From positions 768,503 to 832,502 of the forward strand of contig CAVZDD010000005.1 in assembly GCA_963773945.1 (NCBI GenBank): a stretch of 64,000 nucleotides of DNA, in the 5' to 3' direction. Source of the stretch: an uncultured Thermoplasmata archaeon (GTDB taxonomy: Archaea; Thermoplasmatota; Thermoplasmata; Lutacidiplasmatales; UBA184). Position numbers and translations under genes: made by a program. Positions 10,501 to 19,927 of the stretch are shown one piece after another. The notes under the pieces were generated by a model. It ran no database searches. It was given only the letters and a program-made list of their open reading frames with translations, and had not been told where the DNA came from. Numbering within the stretch: position 1 is the first letter of the stretch; every line of letters starts with the position of its first letter.

Positions 10501-13011
10501 TTAGTGCGAAATCGGCGCGCGATGGCCCGGTGGTCCGCCGGGGGTCGGCGTTGAATCTCCGGACGGACGCCCGGGGGGTCGGGCGGACCCGTCGAGCGCG
10601 GGAAGGCGCTTTCGAAGGACTTCGAGCTTGGGGAAAAGGTCGGCCCGGATGGTCTGGATATGGGCCTCCTCGGCGGCCTGGATCTGTCGGCGAGCCTCGT
10701 CCCAGTCTCCCGTCCGGACCGCCAGTTGGGCGATCCGATAGCGCACCTCGAGCACGTCGGGGATCATTTCGAGCTCCTCGACGAGGCGGAGCGCCTCCCA
10801 GTATCGGTCCCGGGCCCGGGCGAGGTCGTCCTCGTTCTCGAGGACCATGCCATCGATCATCGTGATCTGTTCGTCCGAGAGCCGATCACGGAGACGCACG
10901 TTCAGTTCCCGGGCTTTCTCCATCAGCAGCCGGACCCGCGTCGTTTCGCCGCCCTCCGCCCGGAAGACCGCTTCGTTCAACATCGTATAGACCCGCCAGA
11001 GGAGGGATCCGGATTCCTCGGCATGCACCTCCGCTTGGGCTACCTCTCGAAGCGCCTCCTCCCGACGGTCCAGGTTGTGCAACAGGATTGAGCGGTTCAT
11101 TCGAACCCGAGCCAGGGAGGCGTGGTCCGCCGACGATTGGAACAGCCCCGCCGCGCGGTCGTACAGTTCCAGCGCCTCCTCGGAGCGGGTGGGTCCGGAG
11201 TACAGCAGGACGTTGGCCAGGTCGATGTAGGCATGCGCTTCCACCCGAGAGTTACCGGCCGCGAGCGCCAGGCGTGCGGCCTCCCGGTGATGGTGCTCGG
11301 CGCGCTCGAAATTCCCGGTGTCCCAGTCGCCCCGTCCCAGCACGCGGTGCGCGATGGCGGTACCGGTCGTGTTGGAAGCTCGTTCGAACAACTCGAGGGC
11401 CGCGACCGCCAACTCCCGGGCCTTGGCATGCTCCCACAATTGGCCGTGGGCCGAGGCGGCCCATAGCATGGCCACCGGCAGCTCCGACGCCAGTCGGGGG
11501 TCATCGCGGGCTCGGGCCACCGCCGCACTCAGGACCTCGATGGCCGGACGGAGCTCGCCCAGCTCGAAGAGAATGCGTCCGAGGTCGGTATCGACGCTGA
11601 ATTCTACGATGGGGTCGAGCGACGGAAGATTGCGGGCGCATTCGAGCGCCCGTTCGAGATGGAGCTTCGCTTCCGGGAAAGCGAAAGCGGCGGCGGACAG
11701 GTCCGCCGCTTTTCGGCAGTATTCGAGGGCACGACCCCACTCCCGGGCCAAGTAGAAGTGGCGGGCCAGCTCGAACACCGCCTGGCTGCCCTCGGACGTA
11801 GTCTCCTCCAGGGCTTCGGCGACTTTTCGATGGAGGATCCGGCGACGGCTCTCGGTCAGCCCTGCATAGGCCTCCTGGCGGAACGACTCTCGAATGAACT
11901 CGAAGGTCGCCGGCCGCGCTTCCCGAATGAGGCCGCCGTGCACGAGCTGTTCGATCGCGACGGACAGCTTGTCCGCGTCTTGTCCCACGGCGCGGGTCAA
12001 CGTTTCGAATCCGAATTCGTTTCCGATAACAGCCGCGTAACACAGCACGCGCTGGGCTTCGTCGGAGAGGGTCTGGGCCCGGGCGCGGTCCACCACGTCG
12101 AGGGGCCGGCCCCCTTCCTCCGGGGTGGTCGTGACGAGGGCGGCGAGTGGGGTGCCCCGGAGCATTTGTTCCAGGGCGAGCGGGTTGCCTTTCGTTCGCC
12201 GGTGCCATCGGAGCGCGTCATCGGGCGAGGAGGGGATGCCCGCCCGGAACCAGTTCAGCAGTTCACCGGTTTCGGTCGGCGTCAGGGGACGAGCCTCCAC
12301 CCACCGCGTGCTCGGGAGGTGCCGGACCGATTCGAGGAATCGCTTCGGCCGGGCCCGCGCACTCGTTAGGGGGCCGGCCAGGAGCCCGAGCACGATCCGA
12401 CGGCCCTCGATGTGTCGCTGCAGCTCTGTGACAAACTCGAGGGACGAGGCGTCGATGAACGGAAAGTCATCGACGCCCAGAAAGAGGGGTTGTTTCGCCG
12501 CGAGGGTGGACAGGTCTTCGATCAATCGGTCGATAAGGAGGAAGCGGCTCTGGTCATTCCGACGGGGCAGCTCCGCGAGGGCGGACAGCAGACGGCGGGT
12601 CTCCTCGCCGGTCGTGGAATCCTTGGATGCCACGGTGGCGGCGCCGGACCCTTCCCGCCGGTCGAGCGGCGCCAACAGGAGGGAGAAGACCTCCCCCGAA
12701 TCCCCCGCGGAGTCCGGACCCCCGCCGGAGGGATCGCGGAAGGACTGAAGCATCTCTTGGACCGCGGCGAAGGGTCGCGGGAATTCCGTGGGCGGCGCCC
12801 GTGTCGTTCCGACACGGAATCCCGCGGCCTGGGCCTGTTCCGTCGCGTAGGATAGGATCGTGCTCTTTCCGACGCCCTCCTCGCCCGCGATCACGAGGAG
12901 GGAGCCGCGACCGGCCTGGGCGGAGGCCAAAGCGTCGGCGATCGCGGACCGGACCTCGGGTCGGCCGACCAGGGGGCGGCGGGTACTGGACAGCATTTCG
13001 CGCGCGGCCAT
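10501..13011 (-). CDS. STAND-like AAA ATPase with C-terminal TPR repeats
   Basis: LVGR...GEEGVGKS Walker A, GVDD Walker B, GNPLAL, then a helical TPR-like repeat region. Confidence 0.8.
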   Translation of the reverse strand: MAAREMLSSTRRPLVGRPEVRSAIADALASAQAGRGSLLVIAGEEGVGKSTILSYATEQAQAAGFRVGTTRAPPTEFPRPFAAVQEMLQSFRDPSGGGPDSAGDSGEVFSLLLAPLDRREGSGAATVASKDSTTGEETRRLLSALAELPRRNDQSRFLLIDRLIEDLSTLAAKQPLFLGVDDFPFIDASSLEFVTELQRHIEGRRIVLGLLAGPLTSARARPKRFLESVRHLPSTRWVEARPLTPTETGELLNWFRAGIPSSPDDALRWHRRTKGNPLALEQMLRGTPLAALVTTTPEEGGRPLDVVDRARAQTLSDEAQRVLCYAAVIGNEFGFETLTRAVGQDADKLSVAIEQLVHGGLIREARPATFEFIRESFRQEAYAGLTESRRRILHRKVAEALEETTSEGSQAVFELARHFYLAREWGRALEYCRKAADLSAAAFAFPEAKLHLERALECARNLPSLDPIVEFSVDTDLGRILFELGELRPAIEVLSAAVARARDDPRLASELPVAMLWAASAHGQLWEHAKARELAVAALELFERASNTTGTAIAHRVLGRGDWDTGNFERAEHHHREAARLALAAGNSRVEAHAYIDLANVLLYSGPTRSEEALELYDRAAGLFQSSADHASLARVRMNRSILLHNLDRREEALREVAQAEVHAEESGSLLWRVYTMLNEAVFRAEGGETTRVRLLMEKARELNVRLRDRLSDEQITMIDGMVLENEDDLARARDRYWEALRLVEELEMIPDVLEVRYRIAQLAVRTGDWDEARRQIQAAEEAHIQTIRADLFPKLEVLRKRLPALDGSARPPGRPSGDSTPTPGGPPGHRAPISH

Positions 13012-13097
13012 TTCGGGGACCCAGCCCGTGGGGGCCCTACTATCAGTCGCCGGGGTAGGTTAAGAAATCTCCCGAAGGGGCCGGGGGGCGTCGTTCG

Positions 13098-13712
13098 TCA
13101 GTTGTCGTAGCGGGACCGCGGGCGGGCGTCGGGGCCGAGACTGAAGTAGGCCGTTCCGCCGGCTCCCGCTCCCGGCTGGACGACGCTGACCGCCTGGACC
13201 AGGAGCTCGTACGCGAGGGCTTCGGCCTCACCCACGTCACCCTGGTCGGCGGCGTCCGGAACGTAGACCCGGAGAATTCCCCGGTTCACCCCCAGAAGGA
13301 CCTGTCCGTATCCGTCTCTGCGCGCCCAAGAGAGGAGCCGGCGGCCTGGCTGTTCTACGACGCCCACCCAACGCAGGGACCCGAACCAACGCCCCGCGAG
13401 GCGAGCCAGCACCGTCGCTTCGTCAAGGTCTCGGGGAAGTTCGATGCGGGCGATCGGACGGAGGTCGGAAGTGATCGCAGGGTGTTCGAGGGCGTCCACC
13501 GCCAGCGATCGGTACCCCCCGTCGGCCCGTTCCACGAGTCCTTCCCGCTCCAGTCGACGGAGCGCCCGCGCCAATGATTCCGGATGCGCTCCGAGCTTCC
13601 GGCGCAGTCCGTTAAATGCCATCCGCCCGTGGAGTCCCTGAAGCGTCGAGAGGATCCGATCGTCGAGGGACCCTTGAATGGACGTCAAGCCGGTCGTAGG
13701 CTCGCTGGTCAT
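13098..13712 (-). CDS. Winged-helix DNA-binding protein
   Basis: FNGLRRKLGAHPESLARALRRLEREGLVER is an HxlR/ArsR-like wHTH. Confidence 0.75.
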   Translation of the reverse strand: MTSEPTTGLTSIQGSLDDRILSTLQGLHGRMAFNGLRRKLGAHPESLARALRRLEREGLVERADGGYRSLAVDALEHPAITSDLRPIARIELPRDLDEATVLARLAGRWFGSLRWVGVVEQPGRRLLSWARRDGYGQVLLGVNRGILRVYVPDAADQGDVGEAEALAYELLVQAVSVVQPGAGAGGTAYFSLGPDARPRSRYDN

Positions 13713-13900
13713 CGACGGTTGTGGGGGTCGGAGGATTTAGGCATCGGGTAACCACCGCGCCAGTAAGACGGTCGGCGCTTCGAGGGCGTGGAGTCCCTCC
13801 CACGTCGTCGGTCGTTGTGACTGGTCTCCTCCGCACCCGCTCAATATCCCCCTCGGGAGAGTGGACCGCGATCGTCCATCGCGACGAGAGGAAAAATCAC

Positions 13901-14158
13901 ATGCCGCACGGGAACGACGTAGGAGAGCAATCGCCCCGAGAGCACTACGGTCCGTGGGTCTGGACCGCCTATCGCGCCTACAATGAGCTGCTTCGCGAGA
14001 AGATCAAGAAGCGCTTCGAGGCCCAGGAAGGGCCGTGGATGGACCGACTGTCGGAGGTCTTGGTGGAGATCGTGAACGCTCGCTGGGAAGGCGGCCGAAA
14101 GAAGGGCAAGGAAGAGAAACAGCTGTTGGCCAAGCTCGACCAGCTGCTTTCGGAGTGA
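13901..14158 (+). CDS. Small helical hypothetical protein, 85 aa
   Basis: GAGAGG SD-like site before ATG 13901; charged amphipathic sequence; first gene of the htrA operon. Confidence 0.7.
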   Translation: MPHGNDVGEQSPREHYGPWVWTAYRAYNELLREKIKKRFEAQEGPWMDRLSEVLVEIVNARWEGGRKKGKEEKQLLAKLDQLLSE

Positions 14159-14163
14159 GGACC

Positions 14164-14292
14164 ATGGAATCCCCACTGCCGCTGCAACCGTTCCCGCGGC
14201 CCCCGATGGGCCCGGAACCCCTCCCGACCCACCGCGCCTACACGGTGCGGTCCCCCCGGCCAAACTGGTCCGACGTTGTTCGAGGAGAGTGA
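14164..14292 (+). CDS. Small Pro-rich peptide, 42 aa
   Basis: GTGAGG SD before ATG 14164. Exactly fills the gap between the 85-aa gene and htrA. Confidence 0.45.
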   Translation: MESPLPLQPFPRPPMGPEPLPTHRAYTVRSPRPNWSDVVRGE

Positions 14293-14298
14293 GTTCCA

Positions 14299-15258
14299 AT
14301 GGCGCTCACCGAATTGGAGAACCGGATCATCTCGACGGTCGACTCGATCGCCCCCGGGGTCGCCAGTGTTGAAAGCGTCCGCGTGGGTCGACGCCGAGGA
14401 TTCGGTCCGTTCATGCAACCGTCGCAGGCCTCGGCGGTGGTGATCGACCCGAAGGGACTGCTCATCACGAATCAACATGTCGTGGACCAGGCTGCTCAAC
14501 TCCGAGTACACCTGGCCGACGGCCGCGAGCTTCCCGGAGAGATCATCGGAGGGGACCCCGTCACCGACGTGGCGCTCGTGAAAGTGGAGGCCGATGGCCT
14601 CGCCGCGGCGAAGCTTGGCGTCTCGGAGGAGCTTCGCGTGGGCCAGATCGTTCTGGCGATCGGGAACGCCTTGGGACTTCCCGGAGGGCCAACCGTTTCC
14701 ACGGGGGTGGTGAGCGCGCTCGGCCGCCCGCTGCCGGGCTCCGATTTCATCTTCGAGGGACTGATCCAGACAGACGCAGCGATCAATCCGGGGAACAGCG
14801 GCGGACCGCTCGCCGACCTCTCCGGTTCTGTGGTCGGGATCAACACCGCGATGGTCCCCTTCGCCCAGGGGGTCGGGTTTGCGATCCCGATCCACGCCGT
14901 CCGGCGCATCGTCGACGAGATCCGGCAGAAGGGACGTGTGGTGCGGCCCTGGATCGGCGTATCGGTGGCGGAACTGCGACCGGAGGTGGCGCGGCAATAC
15001 GACCTAGAGCCCTACTCGGGACTCTTGGTGGCAGAGACGGTCGCCCGGTCCCCCGCGCACCGCGGAGGCCTTCGGGCCGGCGACGTGATCACCCGGCTCG
15101 GACCGTTCGAGGTCCGAAAGGTCCGGGACCTTCTGGAGGCGTTGTCGAAATTCCCCGTCGGCTCGGACGCCGAGGTCCAGTTCCGACGCCGGACCACGAC
15201 CAGCACTACGACGGTTCCCCTCGAGGAGAATCCGGAACTGGAAGCGCGCGCGGACTGA
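14299..15258 (+). CDS. htrA: HtrA/DegP-family serine protease with PDZ domain
   Basis: TNQHVV, TDVAL and QTDAAINPGNSGG triad motifs; C-terminal PDZ; no signal peptide. Confidence 0.92.
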   Translation: MALTELENRIISTVDSIAPGVASVESVRVGRRRGFGPFMQPSQASAVVIDPKGLLITNQHVVDQAAQLRVHLADGRELPGEIIGGDPVTDVALVKVEADGLAAAKLGVSEELRVGQIVLAIGNALGLPGGPTVSTGVVSALGRPLPGSDFIFEGLIQTDAAINPGNSGGPLADLSGSVVGINTAMVPFAQGVGFAIPIHAVRRIVDEIRQKGRVVRPWIGVSVAELRPEVARQYDLEPYSGLLVAETVARSPAHRGGLRAGDVITRLGPFEVRKVRDLLEALSKFPVGSDAEVQFRRRTTTSTTTVPLEENPELEARAD

Positions 15259-15378
15259 TCTCAACCCCTCGGGGTGGGTCTTCGGGCCCGCCCCGCTCCA
15301 CCCGTTTCGGACGCGCGTCCGTTGGCGTATTGGCGGCGGTGGGCGCGCCTCTTATGCCCACGCGGATTTGCAAGAACT

Positions 15379-17121
15379 GTGCCTGCCGGATCGATACCCC
15401 CGGACGGACGGCCGCTGACAGAGCGGGTGCGCCCCAGCAGCCTCGACCAGATGGCGGGGAATCCCGAGGCGATCGCCGAACTGCGGAAGTGGGCGAAGGC
15501 CTGGCAATCTTCTCGCGGGCCGCCCCGGCTGCGAGCCGCGTTGCTGGCCGGCCCTCCCGGCGTCGGGAAGACGACCGCCGCCCTCGCACTCGCTCAGGAC
15601 CTGGGCTGGGGTCTTGTCGAGATGAATGCTTCCGATGCGCGGAATCGGACCGCGATCGAAGAGGTCGCCGGCCGCGCGTCCCTCACGAACGCCTTCTCGA
15701 TGACCGGCGAGCTGCTGAGCACTCACCGTGGCCAGCACACCTTGATTCTGCTCGATGAGGCGGACTGCTTGTTCTCTCGGGATACGGAAAGCGCCGGTGC
15801 GGACGCTGCCCGCTCGATCTCCTTCCGAGAGTTTCTCCGCAGCCGCTACGGCAACGTCGAGGCCCTGGCAAAAGCCTGGGGACTGGGGACGAGTCCCGCG
15901 CCGGCGAAGTTCACGGAGTGGTCCGAAATCCCGGCCTCCGGCGGGCGGTCGAAGGCGTTTCGTCTGCCCGCCGCCCAGCGCGACCTCGCGGATTGGGGGG
16001 ACAGCAAGACCCGACCCGACCTCACCGACCGGGGAGGCCTCGGCGCCATTGCGATGCTGGTGCGGGAGACCCGGCAGCCGATCGTCCTGACGGTCAACGA
16101 CCCCAAGGCCCTCAGCCGCTACTCTCCGATTTTCCGTACGGGCGTCGCGAAGATCTCGTTCTGGCCGCTCCGGGCTGACGACCTCAAAACGGTCGTTCGA
16201 CGGGTCGCAGTCTCCCAGCACCTTGAGATCTCGTCGGCCGCGGCCGAGGCGATCGTCCACCGAAGTCGAGGGGATCTGCGTGCCGCGCTGAACGACCTCG
16301 ACGCGGTGGCCGCCCTCCCGCCGGGTCGGGAGCAGGAGGCTCTCCTTGGTACCCGCGATGTAACGGCGGATTTCTTCGACATGACACGGGAGATCCTGGA
16401 CACCCCACGGCTGTACCGGTCGGTCGAGATCCGAAATCGCCTGGACGCGACGCCGGACGACCTGCTCCCCTGGATAGAGGAGAATCTCCCGCGGTCCACG
16501 CGGGACCCGGGCACACGACTGGCGGCCTACGAGATGCTGGCCGATGCGGACCTTCTGTTGTCCCGCGCCCGTCGGTTCCGAACCTACGGACTCTGGAGCT
16601 ACGCTTCGGAGTTGATGACCGGGGGCGTCAGCCTCGCGCTCGCCCAGGGCGATGGTCACGCCCCCGACCGCATCGCCTTCCCTCAGTTTCTCGGAGAGAT
16701 GGGACGTTCTCGGGCCGCGCGGGCCGTCCGCACTTCGATTCTCTCCAAAGCGGGGCGGATGCTTCATATTTCGCGGCGAAAGGCCGGGGATTCGGCGCTG
16801 GACTTCCTCACGGTGGCGTTCCGCCCGGCGCTCGGACGGCGAGCCGCTCCGCGCGAACGCGACCTCGCACGTCGCCTTACGTCCTCCCTCGGGCTGACGG
16901 CCGAGGAGGTCGCCTACCTCGCGGGCGGACTGCCCGACGATGAGCGCGTGCAGGAGCTACTGGCTCCGGCCGACGCGGCCCCCGAACGTGAGAAGGCGGT
17001 CGAAACGCCGAGCGCCCCGACTGCTCTACCGGCCGAGCCGGCCATGCCGTCTGTAGTCGAAGCACCTCCGGAATCGGCGGGGGGTCCCAAGAAGACCCAG
17101 CGTCGGCTCGCCGATTACTGA
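15379..17121 (+). CDS. rfcL: Replication factor C large subunit, with an ~82-aa insertion
   Basis: ERVRP, GPPGVGKT, EMNASDAR, LLDEAD, DRGG and GDLRAALNDL motifs; C-terminal PIP-like QRRLADY. Confidence 0.92.
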   Translation: MPAGSIPPDGRPLTERVRPSSLDQMAGNPEAIAELRKWAKAWQSSRGPPRLRAALLAGPPGVGKTTAALALAQDLGWGLVEMNASDARNRTAIEEVAGRASLTNAFSMTGELLSTHRGQHTLILLDEADCLFSRDTESAGADAARSISFREFLRSRYGNVEALAKAWGLGTSPAPAKFTEWSEIPASGGRSKAFRLPAAQRDLADWGDSKTRPDLTDRGGLGAIAMLVRETRQPIVLTVNDPKALSRYSPIFRTGVAKISFWPLRADDLKTVVRRVAVSQHLEISSAAAEAIVHRSRGDLRAALNDLDAVAALPPGREQEALLGTRDVTADFFDMTREILDTPRLYRSVEIRNRLDATPDDLLPWIEENLPRSTRDPGTRLAAYEMLADADLLLSRARRFRTYGLWSYASELMTGGVSLALAQGDGHAPDRIAFPQFLGEMGRSRAARAVRTSILSKAGRMLHISRRKAGDSALDFLTVAFRPALGRRAAPRERDLARRLTSSLGLTAEEVAYLAGGLPDDERVQELLAPADAAPEREKAVETPSAPTALPAEPAMPSVVEAPPESAGGPKKTQRRLADY

Positions 17122-17146
17122 CCCGGGCGCCGACCTCGTCGTGAGT

Positions 17147-17572
17147 TTAGACGTATCCGAAGGAGCGCTTCGCGAGGTCCGACATCCGATCCGGTGTCCA
17201 CGGAGGCTCCCAGATCATATCCACGACCGCCTCTTTCACGCCCTCGGCGGATTGGACGGCCGCCTTGACCTCGTCGGCGAGGATTCCGGCCACCGGGCAG
17301 CCCGGGGCGGTGAGCGTCATCGTGACCGTTACGCTGGTGTCGCCCGTCCACTTGAATGCGTAGATGAGGCCGAGGTCGACGATGTTCATCGGAATCTCGG
17401 GGTCGAAAATTTTCTTCAGGTTCGTGAGAATCTTCTGCTCCGTCAGCGACTTGGCGTTTGCTGCGTCCCAGGCGGAGGGAGGGCCGATCTTCGCTCCGGT
17501 CCAGCCACTGGGCTGCACGGGGGTTTCCGTAGGGGCGTTCGATGGGGCCGGGGGTGGGGCGGTTCCGCTCAT
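17147..17572 (-). CDS. sufT: Metal-sulfur cluster assembly factor (SufT/DUF59)
   Basis: DPEIPMNIVDLGLIY, MTLTAPGCP and WEPPWT motifs. Confidence 0.9.
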   Translation of the reverse strand: MSGTAPPPAPSNAPTETPVQPSGWTGAKIGPPSAWDAANAKSLTEQKILTNLKKIFDPEIPMNIVDLGLIYAFKWTGDTSVTVTMTLTAPGCPVAGILADEVKAAVQSAEGVKEAVVDMIWEPPWTPDRMSDLAKRSFGYV

Positions 17573-17686
17573 CGGGGTAAGATGTCCGTTGGGGCTATTA
17601 TAGAGCGCCTTACCCGAACAGCCCGGGCACCGAATCCGCGCCTTCGCTAGAACCACTTTTAAGTCGTCCCGAGTACCGCCCTCCCC

Positions 17687-18598
17687 TTGAGAGACATCCA
17701 CGCGATGGAGCCGACGGCCGGTCGGTTCGAGCTCCACAAGGTCGGCGTTTCCGGGATCCGGAAGCCGTTAACGATTCGGAGACCGGACCGTCTCGTCACT
17801 CTAACAACCACGCTGGACGTCGCGGTCGACCTCCCGGCAACCCGGAAGGGTTCCGACCTCTCACGCAACGCGATCCTCCTCGCCGAGATCGTCGACGAAA
17901 CGGCGGTGCGGCCCGTCCCCAGCCTAGAGTCTGCGTGTGTCGCGATTGCCCGCGAGCTGCTCGAGCGGCACAAGTACGCCCGAGTCGCCACCGTGGACGC
18001 CTCGGCGGAGTACTTCCTCCGGCGGGGCATCGCGGAAGAACGCAAGAGCTTCGAGGACTACACCCTCCTCGCGTCCGCCCAGAGCGTCCGATCCGGCCCC
18101 GATGGACCGATCACGGTGACCAAGTCGATCGGGGCCGAAGCGGTGGGCATGACCGCCTGTCCCTGCGCGATGGAAACGGCCCGCGTAGCTCTTTCGGAGG
18201 AATTCCCGCTCTTGCGCGACCCCTCGATGAAATCGATGCCGATGATCACCCACAACCAGCGGAACCGCACCCGGCTGATGTTCGACCTGGCCGACAACGT
18301 TGAGATCGAAGTCGACGACCTCATCGACACGATCGAAGCCGCCCAGTCGAGTCCCACGTACGCGATCCTCAAGCGCGGCGACGAGGCGCAGATGGTGATT
18401 CAGGCCCACAAGCACCCCAAGTTCGTCGAGGACGTGCTCCGGGACTTGCTCCGGCGGGTCGCGACCGGGTTCGCCCAAGTGCCGGACACCGCCTTCGTCC
18501 GAGCCCGTACGGTGAGCGAGGAATCGATCCACAAGTACAACGTGGTCGCGGCCCACCAGGCATTGCTGGGCGAGTTGCGAAACACCTCGGCGGCGTAG
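17687..18598 (+). CDS. mptA: GTP cyclohydrolase MptA (FolE2 family)
   Basis: GMTACPCA, THNQR, LKRGDE, KFVED and EESIH motifs. Confidence 0.9.
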   Translation: MRDIHAMEPTAGRFELHKVGVSGIRKPLTIRRPDRLVTLTTTLDVAVDLPATRKGSDLSRNAILLAEIVDETAVRPVPSLESACVAIARELLERHKYARVATVDASAEYFLRRGIAEERKSFEDYTLLASAQSVRSGPDGPITVTKSIGAEAVGMTACPCAMETARVALSEEFPLLRDPSMKSMPMITHNQRNRTRLMFDLADNVEIEVDDLIDTIEAAQSSPTYAILKRGDEAQMVIQAHKHPKFVEDVLRDLLRRVATGFAQVPDTAFVRARTVSEESIHKYNVVAAHQALLGELRNTSAA

Positions 18599-18619
18599 TC
18601 CGCCGCAGGAGCTTGGACG

Positions 18620-19927
18620 ATGCACTACTCGGCCGACGCGCTTCGCCGACGGCCCGGCCGCACCGCGCTCACCGCGTTGGGGATCGGGCTCGCGACGGCC
18701 CTGGTCCTCGTCCTGCTCTCTGTATCCGCGGGGATCCAGGTCAGCGCGTACCGGCTCGCCACCTCGAGCGGGGTCGACCTCCTGGGGACCAGCACGAACA
18801 CCTCCCTCACCTCGAGCAGTTTCCCGCCGGTTCCCGGCGCACACCGCCTAGCCCACGCCATTCCCGCGAGCGATTCGAATGTCGCGACGGCGAGCCCGTG
18901 GCTCGTCTCCTCACTCGTGTTCGCCAACGCGTCCTTGTTCGCCGCCAGTAACCTTTCGAGCAACGGCAGTGCCGTCCCGCCGGGATGGCAGCCCGCCAGC
19001 GCGACCTCTATCGGCTGGATCCCGGACGACAACGCCGGTTTGGAAGTACCCTCCCTCGTGACGGGGTCGAACCTCGCAGCACCGGGGGACCCTCACTATG
19101 CGAACGGGAGCTACACGGGGCCTCGAATCGACGACGTGGTGCTCAACACCGCGCTCGCTCAGCTGTTGCACGTCGGGCCCAACTCCACCCTATGGGCGAG
19201 CGCGCAGTCTCCTTCGGGTCCTTCGGCCCTGGCGAGCTGGTTCGCGCAAGCGACCTCCTTCCGAGTCGTCGGCCTGAGTGGACCGTTCTGGTTTCTCCCC
19301 TCCGCCGCGCTGGGTATGTTCTACCTTTCCGAGCTCCAGGAGGTGGTCGGTGGAGAGGCAGTTTCGGCCGACTACGCTTCGCTCGTTTTGATCCATTTGA
19401 ATGATCCCACTCTCGCGAGCCAGGACCAAGCGCGTCTCAGCGCCGCTTTCCCCGCGATCACGTTCTTCACACTCGGGAACGTTCTCGGCGCGATTCAGCA
19501 CGTGGTCGACCTGTATCGGACGTTCGGCACGCTGGTCGGGTTGATCGGGCTCCTCGTGGCCACCCTTTTCACGGCGACAGTCCTTCTGATGAGCGTTGAG
19601 GACCGGAGTCGCGAACTCGCCCTGCTTCGCGCGATTGGTTACTCCCGGGCCCAGGTCGGGGGATTCGTCGTCGAGGAGGGCCTCCTGCTTGCCGGCCTCG
19701 GCCTCCTGGTTGGCCTCCCGTTCGGGTTTGTCGGAGCCACGTTACTCAACGACTTCCTGAGCCGCTTAGTGTCCGGCCTTCCGACGGGATTCAGCTTCGT
19801 TTCGTTCAACGGGTCGGTAATCGGCGAGGGAGTCGTCGAGGTCCTGGTCATCGGACTGGTCGCATCGCTGATCCCACTGGTCCGGGCGCTCCGGATTCCC
19901 GTGGCGGAGGAGCTGCGCGCCGCATGA
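18620..19927 (+). CDS. ABC transporter permease (FtsX/MacB-like)
   Basis: RTALTALGIG N-terminal TM, large extracellular loop, RELALLRAIG motif. Confidence 0.88.
   Translation: MHYSADALRRRPGRTALTALGIGLATALVLVLLSVSAGIQVSAYRLATSSGVDLLGTSTNTSLTSSSFPPVPGAHRLAHAIPASDSNVATASPWLVSSLVFANASLFAASNLSSNGSAVPPGWQPASATSIGWIPDDNAGLEVPSLVTGSNLAAPGDPHYANGSYTGPRIDDVVLNTALAQLLHVGPNSTLWASAQSPSGPSALASWFAQATSFRVVGLSGPFWFLPSAALGMFYLSELQEVVGGEAVSADYASLVLIHLNDPTLASQDQARLSAAFPAITFFTLGNVLGAIQHVVDLYRTFGTLVGLIGLLVATLFTATVLLMSVEDRSRELALLRAIGYSRAQVGGFVVEEGLLLAGLGLLVGLPFGFVGATLLNDFLSRLVSGLPTGFSFVSFNGSVIGEGVVEVLVIGLVASLIPLVRALRIPVAEELRAA

Noticed and set aside
15781..16026. RfcL insertion as an intein
   Set aside because: No C-terminal His-Asn followed by Cys/Ser/Thr, and shorter than typical mini-inteins.
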